IMG/VR virus record: IMGVR_UViG_3300046543_000451 | Location: 5,376-69,375 of that record | Origin: a virus | Length of the DNA stretch: 64,000 nt | Strand: one strand, 5' to 3' | Shown here: piece after piece, positions 1-8,550 of the stretch | Position numbering within the stretch: position 1 is the first letter of the stretch | Layout: each line of letters begins with the position of its first letter | Notes under the pieces: generated by a model | Told to the model about the DNA's origin: nothing | What the model saw: the letters and a program-made list of their open reading frames with translations, nothing else | Databases searched by the model: none | Translations under genes and position numbers: made by a program

Positions 1-2
1 GC

Positions 3-140
3 TGGACGTTCTTGGGCAAGGCTGGCTATGCCACGCAGTACCTCCGAATGCAGAAGCACCCGAAGGACCGGGACTGGGGCGGCGTGGTCCGCGAGGTCCG
101 CCAAGACCTGATCCTCGACGCGGTGGAGGTCACCGCATGA
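3..140 (+). CDS. 3' end of a hypothetical protein, truncated by the window edge
   Basis: Open frame WTFLGKAGYATQYLRMQKH...EVTA*, whose stop overlaps the next ATG (ATGA). Confidence 0.55.
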   Translation, partial: WTFLGKAGYATQYLRMQKHPKDRDWGGVVREVRQDLILDAVEVTA

Positions 141-397
141 ATGGCCGTGGAGACCCGGCGCTGGTCGCTGGTGGCACACAACCTGTTGCCGGGTCTCGCG
201 GGCCAGTCCATGCCGAGGTCAAGCGTGGCCGGGTCTACGATCAGGTGAGCCGGCGCTGGTACAAGGACGGCTACGCCCCGTTCCAGCTCCCCGAGTTCAT
301 CACCGCATGGTGCCTGCGCTGCGGCAACGAGACGCTCACGATCAGCGTGAAGGGCGCGGTCTGCGCCACCTGCTCGCCGGTCACGAGGGCGGACTGA
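137..397 (+). CDS. Hypothetical protein with CxxC...CxxC zinc ribbon
   Basis: GGAGG RBS, CLRC...CATC, coupled to neighbours. Confidence 0.65.
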   Translation: MNGRGDPALVAGGTQPVAGSRGPVHAEVKRGRVYDQVSRRWYKDGYAPFQLPEFITAWCLRCGNETLTISVKGAVCATCSPVTRAD

Positions 398-606
398 TGC
401 TGTGGATCGCCGTCTGCGGCTACGAGTACGACTCGCCCGACAGCCACTACCCCATCGTCGGGCCGTTCCCTGACGAGGCATCTGCTCAGGCATTCGCCGA
501 TGAGCAGAACCGGATCGAGGAGAAGCCGCTCGTATTCGACGTGTTCACCGATGACATGATGTGGCGCGTCAACTCGCTCGTGAGCCCTGACGGCTACAAC
601 CGATGA
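397..606 (+). CDS. Hypothetical protein
   Basis: ATG at 397 overlaps the previous TGA; MLWIAVCGYEY... Confidence 0.65.
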   Translation: MLWIAVCGYEYDSPDSHYPIVGPFPDEASAQAFADEQNRIEEKPLVFDVFTDDMMWRVNSLVSPDGYNR

Positions 607-731
607 AGCACCACGACGAGCCAGTCCTGATGAAGTGCGGCCACCCTCGCGCGGCCCGCATGATCGAATCCACCAAGACCGGCCTGCGGACTGTTTGCTG
701 GGCCTGCAAGATCGAGAGGGAGACACGATGA
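603..731 (+). CDS. Small Cys/His protein (42 aa, absent from the ORF track)
   Basis: MKHHDEPVLMKCGH...VCWACKIERETR*, with ATGA overlaps at both ends. Confidence 0.55.
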   Translation: MKHHDEPVLMKCGHPRAARMIESTKTGLRTVCWACKIERETR

Positions 732-922
732 GGTTCGTCTTTGAGGTCGAGGTCGAGGTCGAACGCGACGAGGGCAAGTTCGCCAGTCGCGACGAGTTGG
801 CTGAGCAGATCGAGTCGGCCCTGACCGACGCCGACCCCGGCACGCTCGACGGCGATGCCGGTGGCAGCTACTCCACGTCATCGTGGTCAGTCGCAGAGAT
901 CGACCAGAAGGGGAAGAAGTAA
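728..922 (+). CDS. Hypothetical acidic protein
   Basis: GGGAG RBS, MRFVFEVEVEVER... Confidence 0.7.
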   Translation: MRFVFEVEVEVERDEGKFASRDELAEQIESALTDADPGTLDGDAGGSYSTSSWSVAEIDQKGKK

Positions 923-1227
923 TGCCCAACATCGCAATCGTCACGGGCTTTGTTGACTCCGACGTGCGCCGGACCACGACCGGCGGCGGCAAGAAGGTCG
1001 CCGAGTTCCGGGTCAACGACGGATCGGGCTGGGTGGCCTGCAAGGCGTGGGAGGAGATGGCCGACCGGGTGCCCGAGCGCGGCGCCCACGTCATCGTGCA
1101 TGGCCGGATCGCCACCCGGTCCTACGACAAGGACGGCACCAAGGTCTACGTCACCGAGGTCATTGCCTCTGTCATCGAGCAGGTTGGTGCCCCGGCTGCC
1201 GCTGGAGCCGCGACGTTCGACGACTAG
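922..1227 (+). CDS. ssb: Single-stranded DNA-binding protein
   Basis: OB-fold SSB motifs WVACKAW, GAHVIVHGRIATRSY, YVTEVIA; acidic FDD tail. Confidence 0.9.
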   Translation: MPNIAIVTGFVDSDVRRTTTGGGKKVAEFRVNDGSGWVACKAWEEMADRVPERGAHVIVHGRIATRSYDKDGTKVYVTEVIASVIEQVGAPAAAGAATFDD

Positions 1228-1256
1228 GCCAGTCCCGGTCTTTCTGGAGGTTGATC

Positions 1257-1436
1257 GTGTACCAGTATTCCGTCGCGTACTATGCCCACCCGACATCGCG
1301 CCGGGTCGTCCATCGCACCGTGGTCGCCCATGATGCCGACGATGCCCGCGAGCGGGTGAGGGCCATCGACCCGAGATTCATTGCCACCGTCAAGTCGCCG
1401 CGCCGGGGCAAGGCTGTCGTGGAGGCCGGCAAGTGA
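1257..1436 (+). CDS. Hypothetical protein
   Basis: GGAGG RBS then GTG; stop overlaps the AAA gene start. Confidence 0.6.
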   Translation: MYQYSVAYYAHPTSRRVVHRTVVAHDADDARERVRAIDPRFIATVKSPRRGKAVVEAGK

Positions 1437-2602
1437 CCGCCGAGTTCTACGCTCCAGCCCCCGGCGCGGACAGCGAGTTCGACTCGTGGTTCGACAAGGC
1501 GTGGGAGTGGGTCGAGACGTCGGGCATCGACCGGGCGACCGATCCGATCTACGCCTCGATCCGCGAGTTCCAGTCCGAGCACGGGGTCGATGAGGTCACC
1601 GCTGCCCGGAACATCCTTGCCCGGGCGTTCGTGAAGCACGCCGCCAAGACCTTCAAGATCGGCGAGGAGCCGCCGCTGTTCCCGCCGGAGTTGGTCGAGC
1701 AGGCGATGGAGCCGGGGCAGGTCCGCGAACTGCGCCTGCCGGTCGTGCCGACCGAGCCGTACTGGTACGAGAACCCCGACGAGACGGCCTTCATCGAGCA
1801 CCACATCCTCGCCCGCCGGGCGCTGGGTGCGGTCATGCCCGGCGGCCTGCTCATCACCGGTCCGGCGGGATCGGGCAAGACATCGGGCGTGGCCCAGTTG
1901 ATCGACCGGATGAACCGGGAGCGCGGCCTCGACCTGACGCTGCTGAAGATGGACTGCGCCACGGTCACCGATCCGCAGAAGTGGTTTGGCGCCCGCCACA
2001 TCAACAAGACCGGCGACTGGTACGAGAAGTCTGCCTTCGTCGAGGCGGTGGAGACCGGCGCGGTCATCCTGCTCGACGACGTGAAGCGTCTCCACCCGAC
2101 GATCCACAACCCGATTATGAACTGGCTGGCAGGCGACGAGACCGTCCTGCTGTCGGACCTGAACGTCGAGGTCAAGCGCGACCCCGCGACCGTCTTCATC
2201 GGGACGGCCAACGAGGGCGCCATGTTCGGCGGCAACCACCGCATGGACTACGCCATGGACGAGCGCTTCCCCTACCGGGTCGAGCGGTCGTTCCCCGAGA
2301 ACGCCCTCGACGAGATCAGGATCATCACGAGCTGGACCGGCTGCGACGAGGACAGCGCGGGCAAGATGGTCGCGGTCGCCCGCAAGACCCGCGACCTGCA
2401 CTCGACCGGCGACCTTCGGGCACCGATCTCCACCCGGACCCTCGTCCACGCCGGCTGGCTGGTCTACGCCGGCTACACCGTCAAGGAGGCGATGACGTTC
2501 ACCGCCGTCGGCCTGTACGACGACAACGCGGACGGCGCAGTCGGCAACGAGTCCGAGCGCGAGCGGGTGAAGCAGATCGTGGACGGAAAGTTCAAGCGAT
2601 GA
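1433..2602 (+). CDS. MoxR/CbbQ/CobS-like AAA+ ATPase
   Basis: Walker A GPAGSGKT, Walker B ILLDD, FIGTAN sensor, AMDERF, ISTR; VWA partner nearby. Confidence 0.9.
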   Translation: MTAEFYAPAPGADSEFDSWFDKAWEWVETSGIDRATDPIYASIREFQSEHGVDEVTAARNILARAFVKHAAKTFKIGEEPPLFPPELVEQAMEPGQVRELRLPVVPTEPYWYENPDETAFIEHHILARRALGAVMPGGLLITGPAGSGKTSGVAQLIDRMNRERGLDLTLLKMDCATVTDPQKWFGARHINKTGDWYEKSAFVEAVETGAVILLDDVKRLHPTIHNPIMNWLAGDETVLLSDLNVEVKRDPATVFIGTANEGAMFGGNHRMDYAMDERFPYRVERSFPENALDEIRIITSWTGCDEDSAGKMVAVARKTRDLHSTGDLRAPISTRTLVHAGWLVYAGYTVKEAMTFTAVGLYDDNADGAVGNESERERVKQIVDGKFKR

Positions 2603-3225
2603 ACGGCCTCACTGTCGAGCGGATCAACTCAACCGTCGGTAAGACCTTCATCCGCGAGCATCACTACTCGCATGGCTCGCACAACGGGCCGATGTGCTGG
2701 GGCTTGCTCGATGGAGAAGCGCTGGTCGGGGTGCTGGCCTTCGCCACGCCCTGCTCGGAGAATGTCCGGCGATCCGTGTTCGGACCGGAGTACGTCAATC
2801 GCGTGACCGAACTCCATCGACTCGTGATCCTCGACGACTATGGTCGGAACACCGAGTCGTGGTTCATCGTGCGCTGCCTGCGTGACCTGAAGGCCAAGCG
2901 CCCTGACCTGTGGGCGGTGCTGTCATTCGCCGATGCGACCGAGGGCCACGTCGGGACGATCTATCAGGCGACCAACGCCATCTACACCGGATCGAGCGGG
3001 CGTGCGACCTTCTACATGGACGCCGACGGACGCCTTCGCCACCCGCGCCAGAACGGCGTCAACATCACCAGCGATCGAGCGGCTGAACTCGGCTGGCAGC
3101 CAGTCAAGCGCGACGGCAAGCATCGCTACTTGTTCCTCCTGCCCGACAACAAGGGCCATCGGCGTTGGTTGCTTCGTCAACTTCTTCTCCAGTCTCAGCC
3201 TTACCCCAAGGCGGTCGCGGCATGA
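2599..3225 (+). CDS. Mom-like adenine-modification enzyme (GNAT fold)
   Basis: HHYS, ELHRL, RNTESWFI, LSFAD..EGHVGTIYQATN.IYTG motifs typical of the phage Mu Mom family; probable start ATG 2599. Confidence 0.82.
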   Translation: MNGLTVERINSTVGKTFIREHHYSHGSHNGPMCWGLLDGEALVGVLAFATPCSENVRRSVFGPEYVNRVTELHRLVILDDYGRNTESWFIVRCLRDLKAKRPDLWAVLSFADATEGHVGTIYQATNAIYTGSSGRATFYMDADGRLRHPRQNGVNITSDRAAELGWQPVKRDGKHRYLFLLPDNKGHRRWLLRQLLLQSQPYPKAVAA

Positions 3226-5006
3226 TCGAGCCCATCTCCGCGTGGTCGAGCAAGAAGGCCCACAAGGCGCTGGGCGGGACGACGGACAAGGCCGCGCGGC
3301 TGGCGATTGCGCTGGGGTCTGTCCGATCGGTGGTCCGGGTCATCGACCGGACCGTGCCGCCCCTGTCGGTGGACTGGGCCAAGGTCACCGACTTGCCCGA
3401 GGGTTCCGCCCGGTCGTCCTCGTACACCGACATGCGGAACGGCCACATCAGGCTCAATCCGCTCCCCATCTTGGACGGCCGGCTCGACCACGGGCGGGCG
3501 CTGGACGTCTGCATCGGCTTCGGCTGCCACGAGGCCAGCCACAGTCAGGAGTCCCGCGACCGGTACGAGTACCTGTTGAAGAAAGACGAGACGGGCAAGG
3601 AGGTCCCGGCGTTCGAGCCGATGCGGATCGCGGCCTATCTCTGGAACGTGGTCGAGGACGTGCGGATCGAGCGCGTCACGTCCGCCGACTGGCCGGGCTT
3701 CGAGCCGTACTTCGACGCCGTCCTGCTCTATATGTGGGATGAGCTGCGTCTCCACCACGACCTGCCGACGACCTACGGTCCCGACGTGGCCGGGAAGCTG
3801 AAGACGGTCTTCCTCGCCTGTCGCTATCCCCACGAGTCCATCACCCTGCCGACCGAGATGCAGGCCGAGGTCCGCTGGTGGCGCGACTGGCAGGCCGACT
3901 ACCTGTCCGACAAAGTCGACACTCCGACCACGATCCGGCGCGGCCTCGACCATCTGGCCGAGGACGAGCAGACGGCTCAGGAACTGGCCGAGATGGCGCA
4001 GGCCGAGCGGGACGAGCGAGCGGCCGGCGAGAAGATCAGGGCGCAGATCGAGCGGCTCATGCGCGAGGGCGTCGAGGGAGCCTATGGGGTCTGCATCGAC
4101 CAGAACGGCGAGGTCACGCCGCTCGATGCTGAGACGGCGTCCGAGGTCGATCGACTGGTCCGCGAGGGCCTGATCGAGCACAAGACCATCATCACGACAT
4201 CCGGCGCCAGCAGCCCGACCATCCGGGTCCGCAAGCCCGAAGCGACCAGCCAGTCGGCCCGGGCGTACATCGGCAAGCCCGACCCGACCGTCCACGCCAT
4301 GCGGACGGCGCTGGTCTTCCGTAACTCCGCGCCCCAGCATGACGTGAAGCTGCTGAAGTCCGGGGCCATGGACGACGGCGAGCTGTACCGGTGGGGCATG
4401 GGCGACTTCCGGGTCTTCACCGAGCGCGTGATCGAGAGCAAGCCCGACGTGTTCATGGGCCTGCTGGTCGATCTCTCGGGCAGCATGTGGGGCCGCGGCC
4501 TGCACATCGCCCAGCAACTGGCACAGGTCTTCGTCCACGCCGTCCACGATCAGGAGGGCATCGAGACGGCGGTCTGGGGCCACACCGGGGATGACACGCC
4601 GAACGTGTCGGACGTGTACCGCATCTGGGAGCGCGGCGACCCTCTGAACCGCCTCGGCCTGATCTCGACCCTGCCCCACATGAACAACTACGACGGCGCG
4701 GCCATCTCCATCGTGGTCAAGGAGATGCTGAAGGCCGAGCAGCCCGAGAAGGTGCTGCTGGTCCTTGCCGACGGCCTGCCCGCCGGCGCAGGCTACGGTG
4801 GTCAGCCAGCCGCCAACCACGTCCGGGCGGTGACCCGCTGGGCACTCCGTCAGGGAGTCCGGGTGATCCAGATCGCCATCGACCCCGACGGCTTGGAGAT
4901 CGAGGACCAGAACGCGATGTTCGGGGCAGAGAACGTGGTGCCGTTCAAGGACGTGGCGTCCCTGCCCCGCCAGATGACTGCGATCATGGAGAGGTACTTG
5001 CGATGA
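3222..5006 (+). CDS. Zincin plus VWA domain protein (CobT-like partner of the AAA ATPase)
   Basis: HEASH and NVVEDVRIE in the N-terminal part; MIDAS DLSGS and LVLADGLP in the C-terminal part. Confidence 0.87.
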   Translation: MIEPISAWSSKKAHKALGGTTDKAARLAIALGSVRSVVRVIDRTVPPLSVDWAKVTDLPEGSARSSSYTDMRNGHIRLNPLPILDGRLDHGRALDVCIGFGCHEASHSQESRDRYEYLLKKDETGKEVPAFEPMRIAAYLWNVVEDVRIERVTSADWPGFEPYFDAVLLYMWDELRLHHDLPTTYGPDVAGKLKTVFLACRYPHESITLPTEMQAEVRWWRDWQADYLSDKVDTPTTIRRGLDHLAEDEQTAQELAEMAQAERDERAAGEKIRAQIERLMREGVEGAYGVCIDQNGEVTPLDAETASEVDRLVREGLIEHKTIITTSGASSPTIRVRKPEATSQSARAYIGKPDPTVHAMRTALVFRNSAPQHDVKLLKSGAMDDGELYRWGMGDFRVFTERVIESKPDVFMGLLVDLSGSMWGRGLHIAQQLAQVFVHAVHDQEGIETAVWGHTGDDTPNVSDVYRIWERGDPLNRLGLISTLPHMNNYDGAAISIVVKEMLKAEQPEKVLLVLADGLPAGAGYGGQPAANHVRAVTRWALRQGVRVIQIAIDPDGLEIEDQNAMFGAENVVPFKDVASLPRQMTAIMERYLR

Positions 5007-5263
5007 AGCCCCGACTGGTGAACCTCCGGTTCGGCGACGTGATCCGGGTCGACGAGACACAGATCACGACCAAGCAGCCCGACATCCGGCGCTGGGTCAT
5101 CCTCGGCAAGATGGCAGACGGCCGGTGGCTGACGGTCTACATCGAACCGGGCCTGATGCTCTCCCGGCCGGAGTCGTCGATGCTCATCCACTGGCCGCCC
5201 GACCTGTCTGGCTTCCGGTTCGCCGACGAGGACGAGTCGGTCGTCCCGTACTGGGGACTCTAG
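5003..5263 (+). CDS. Hypothetical protein
   Basis: Coupled ORF. Confidence 0.65.
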   Translation: MKPRLVNLRFGDVIRVDETQITTKQPDIRRWVILGKMADGRWLTVYIEPGLMLSRPESSMLIHWPPDLSGFRFADEDESVVPYWGL

Positions 5264-5667
5264 TGACGTACGCCTCCGTGATCGAGCAACTGGGGATCGA
5301 GCGCGTCTGCCTCGGTGGTTGCGGGCTCAACGACTATCGCCACCGGGGCTCGATCTTCCTGAACGTCATCCACTGGCGCGAACGACGGGTGACCCGGCGC
5401 GGCCTGCTCAGGTTCCTCCTGCTCGTGGCGAGGCGGAACCGCGAGAAGGACCCGGGCTACCTGAACGACCGGAAGTTCCGCTTCCTATATACATGGATCG
5501 ACCACCGGGCGGCGGACGACATGGCGGGCCTGCTCGGGATCAGGTTCCCCGTGGCCTTCAGCCGCCGCGAGCGGGCCGGCGTGCTGTGGGACGCCATGCG
5601 CCAGAACATCCACCTCGCCAGCACCCACCCTGCGATCTACGCATGGGCATGGAGGGGAATCGCATGA
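5263..5667 (+). CDS. Hypothetical protein
   Basis: GTG overlaps the previous TAG. Confidence 0.6.
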   Translation: MTYASVIEQLGIERVCLGGCGLNDYRHRGSIFLNVIHWRERRVTRRGLLRFLLLVARRNREKDPGYLNDRKFRFLYTWIDHRAADDMAGLLGIRFPVAFSRRERAGVLWDAMRQNIHLASTHPAIYAWAWRGIA

Positions 5668-5933
5668 GGCAGATCGACGGCTACTACGCGCTCGGCAGCC
5701 GCCGCCCGCGCAACCGGATCAAGCGGGCTGACCTCTGGCTCGGTGACCGCCTGATGGTGAGCATGAACTACCACGACGCCCTCGGCTTCATCTGGACATG
5801 TCATCCGGGCGATGGCCCGATCAACGCCCCTCGTGGGTCAGGTCGTGTCCGGGCGACCGGCGGCTCGCGTCCACTCTACCGTGGCCGATGGCCGGAAGAA
5901 GCCAAGTGGCTCTGGCGGCTGAGTCATGCCTAG
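5664..5933 (+). CDS. Hypothetical protein
   Basis: GGAGG RBS, ATGA coupling, MRQIDGYYALG... Confidence 0.55.
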   Translation: MRQIDGYYALGSRRPRNRIKRADLWLGDRLMVSMNYHDALGFIWTCHPGDGPINAPRGSGRVRATGGSRPLYRGRWPEEAKWLWRLSHA

Positions 5934-6219
5934 TCAGACCGGCCCCGTCAGCCAGCGTGATCTCGTGCCGCTCCTGAACGGCCTGATCGACGCAGCCATG
6001 GCGAAGAACTCGACCGCCCACCGGGACATCGCCCGCTCGAAGCTGCGCGAGTTGCTGTCCGACCCGGCGGTCAACTGGCGAACCTCATTCGTTCTCAACA
6101 ATGTCGGGGCAACGAGGTCCCGCTACGTCGCCTCGATCGGCTTCTGGGTGCCGAGCAAGTGGTTGCTCGTGGACTGGAAGCGACGACCCGGAGAGGACAA
6201 GGCCGATGCCGAAGGGTAA
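5926..6219 (+). CDS. Hypothetical protein
   Basis: ORF fills the operon. Confidence 0.6.
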   Translation: MPSQTGPVSQRDLVPLLNGLIDAAMAKNSTAHRDIARSKLRELLSDPAVNWRTSFVLNNVGATRSRYVASIGFWVPSKWLLVDWKRRPGEDKADAEG

Positions 6220-6442
6220 GGGCCCGTTCCTGAGCCATGTCGCGACCGGCCTGTTCGGCGAGGTGCTGGCCCATCCCTCGGAAGCCTACCGAGGGTTGAA
6301 GTACATGACGCTCGCCCGAGACCATCCGGGGTATCTCCGAGCCATTGTCATCAGTGCTCCGACCAATAGGACGGCGATCGTGGACGAGGTCGGCCAAGTC
6401 ACCACCATCGGCACCGACGGCTGGATCATCGAAGATGACTGA
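6206..6442 (+). CDS. Hypothetical protein
   Basis: GAGGA RBS, MPKGKGPFLSH... Confidence 0.6.
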   Translation: MPKGKGPFLSHVATGLFGEVLAHPSEAYRGLKYMTLARDHPGYLRAIVISAPTNRTAIVDEVGQVTTIGTDGWIIEDD

Positions 6443-6617
6443 CGTCTACGCCGGCGCGGTCAAGCAACTGACCGAGCGCACCTACCATGGCGCGATCAAG
6501 CGCGTCATCAGCCAGCGGCCTCTCCAGACCGAGACACTCTTGGTCTGCCCTCATCATCACCGGCTGATCCGCAAGGCCCGCGACTGCGCGGCCCGGATGT
6601 GGGCGCAACGTGACTGA
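6435..6617 (+). CDS. Hypothetical protein
   Basis: MTDVYAG...CPHHH...C. Confidence 0.55.
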   Translation: MTDVYAGAVKQLTERTYHGAIKRVISQRPLQTETLLVCPHHHRLIRKARDCAARMWAQRD

Positions 6618-7332
6618 GCCGGTCGAACTCATCGTCTCGGCCAGCGCGATGAAGACGTACCTTCGGTGCGGCTACCAGTACCTGCTCGACAGTGTCTGGC
6701 GAGTGCCGGGCGCCCCGAACATGGACATGGCAATCGGGACCGCCGTCCACGCCGGGGCCGAGGCGCTGCACAAGGGCCTCCCAGACCCCCACGGAACCAC
6801 GCTACGGGCGCTCGACAAGGAAATCGAGTCCATGCCCACCCCGGCCCACAAGGAGGTGCTGGAGGCGATCCACGACGCCGAGTTGATGTACCTGCTCTAC
6901 CACTCCGGGCCAGCGGCCACCTTCACCCCGGCCATGGTCGAGCGGTCGTTCGTGGCCCGCATCAACGGCCTCCTGTTCGCCGGCCAGATCGACGTGGCCG
7001 ACACCGAGGACGCGGTCCGCGACACCAAGACCACGGCCAACCTGTCGAAGTTCCGGCCCGAGCGTCACCGGGTCCAGCTCACAGGCTACCGGTTCGGTTT
7101 CAAGTCCATCACCGGGCGCTGGCCGACGCGGCTCCTGCTCGACGTCGTGACCCGCAACCTGAAGTGGAAGACCGTCGAGGTCCAGCCCGACGAGGACGAG
7201 TTCATTGCCGCGCTGACCTTGACGCATGTGGGAGTATTGAACGGAGACTACGAACCGACTGGAGCATCGTCCGGGGCTTGTGCCCGCTGTCCCTATTCGA
7301 CTGGAGTTTGTCGATTTGTACGACTCGATTAG
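6610..7332 (+). CDS. PD-(D/E)XK exonuclease (RecB/Cas4-like, probably Fe-S)
   Basis: SAS...YLRC, GTAVH, E...GQID...DTKT, QLTGY, C-terminal CARCPY...C. Confidence 0.87.
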   Translation: MTEPVELIVSASAMKTYLRCGYQYLLDSVWRVPGAPNMDMAIGTAVHAGAEALHKGLPDPHGTTLRALDKEIESMPTPAHKEVLEAIHDAELMYLLYHSGPAATFTPAMVERSFVARINGLLFAGQIDVADTEDAVRDTKTTANLSKFRPERHRVQLTGYRFGFKSITGRWPTRLLLDVVTRNLKWKTVEVQPDEDEFIAALTLTHVGVLNGDYEPTGASSGACARCPYSTGVCRFVRLD

Positions 7333-7828
7333 GTCCATCTCTCTATCCCGTGGTCTTGCCGCGATCGTCGATGAAGACGATTACGTGCGGCTAGCTGGCT
7401 ATCGCTGGTACGCGCATCTCTCAGGGCGCAACTTCTATGCCCAGCGGCATCCACCTGCTGGCCAGCCGGGCATGATCTACATGCACCGCGAAGTCCTCCG
7501 CGTCAACCAGACGGTCGACCACATCAACGGCGACAGCCTTGACAATCGAAAGGCCAATCTTCGAGTCGCCACCAAGGCCCAGAACGCGGTCAACTCAGCG
7601 ATACGGCCCCATTCCTCGCGGTTTCGGGGTGTCAACTGGTTCCGTCGTAATCGTCTTTGGGTCGCGCACATCACCGAGGACGGCCGCACGCGTCATCTCG
7701 GCAACTTCGACACGGAGGAAGACGCAGCTCGAACTTACGACTGGCACGCTCGTCGTGTCTTTGGCGAGTTCGCTCGTTTGAACTTCCCTGACGATCAACC
7801 GATTCTGCCAGCCCGGCGAGGAGGCTGA
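7316..7828 (+). CDS. HNH-AP2 homing endonuclease
   Basis: VDHINGDSLDNRKANLR followed by an AP2 domain SRFRGV...HLGNF.TEEDAARTYD...FGEFARLNF; likely TTG start after GGAG. Confidence 0.9.
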   Translation: MYDSIRSISLSRGLAAIVDEDDYVRLAGYRWYAHLSGRNFYAQRHPPAGQPGMIYMHREVLRVNQTVDHINGDSLDNRKANLRVATKAQNAVNSAIRPHSSRFRGVNWFRRNRLWVAHITEDGRTRHLGNFDTEEDAARTYDWHARRVFGEFARLNFPDDQPILPARRGG

Positions 7829-7831
7829 CCT

Positions 7832-8104
7832 ATGCCCGACTCGACTAAGCGAATCGGCCACGACTTCATCATCCGCAACCCGGAAGCGACCGGGCACGGC
7901 GGCGAGTTGTGGATCGACGGCCAGAAGATGATCGGCGTGGTCGACGTCCGCGCAGAAATCAGCATGGACGACGTCAACCGAGTCGATGTCCGATTTCTCG
8001 CCGAGTCGATCAACAAGATCGAGCCCGACGATCCCAAGCCCATCCGAACGATCGCGGCTCGGCCTATTCGACCGGAGTATCCGAGTGACAACGCCGATGA
8101 CTGA
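7832..8104 (+). CDS. Hypothetical protein
   Basis: GAGGAGG RBS. Confidence 0.65.
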   Translation: MPDSTKRIGHDFIIRNPEATGHGGELWIDGQKMIGVVDVRAEISMDDVNRVDVRFLAESINKIEPDDPKPIRTIAARPIRPEYPSDNADD

Positions 8105-8546
8105 CGAGACCCGGACCTACGAGATCGTCTGCTCCAACGAGACCTTCCGGTTCACGGTGCCGAGCAACGCCCGGGTGACCTATGCCCCGGTCGTCAGCCC
8201 GGCCGGCGGCCGGTCGTACGGTGGCAACGCCCTGCGCTTCTGGCTCGGGGCCAAGGAGTCGGGCACCCAGCTCGCCCTGTTCAACAACGTCGTCTCGTTC
8301 CGCGACCTGTCCATGGCCCTCCAAGTCCGCGCGGTCCGCAAGTACGGCTCACAGGACTGGATCGAGGATGACGGGACATGGGTCGGCGAGAAGGCCGATC
8401 AAGTCGAGCGCGGCTGGGCCAGCGTCGATGACGCGCTGCCCATCCACATGACCGGCACGACCGAGGACCCGGACGAGGTGTTCACTGTGCCGCTCAGTAG
8501 CCCCTCACGACGCACCATCGCCGCCCGCGCCATGAAGGAGACCTAG
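8097..8546 (+). CDS. Hypothetical protein
   Basis: MTDETRTYEIV..., overlaps the previous stop. Confidence 0.65.
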   Translation: MTDETRTYEIVCSNETFRFTVPSNARVTYAPVVSPAGGRSYGGNALRFWLGAKESGTQLALFNNVVSFRDLSMALQVRAVRKYGSQDWIEDDGTWVGEKADQVERGWASVDDALPIHMTGTTEDPDEVFTVPLSSPSRRTIAARAMKET

Positions 8547-8550
8547 AGAT

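Noticed and set aside
1981-2598. N-terminal 206 aa of the 414-aa track ORF
   Set aside because: Overlaps the AAA gene out of frame and is Arg-rich noise; the Mom-like protein starts at ATG 2599
1433-5006. Cobalamin biosynthesis (cobS/cobT) as auxiliary metabolism
   Set aside because: No cobN or other cob genes; the generic AAA/VWA pair is common in phages
6610-7332. Cas4-like motifs suggesting a CRISPR system
   Set aside because: Stand-alone phage PD-(D/E)XK exonuclease near the recombination genes; no array
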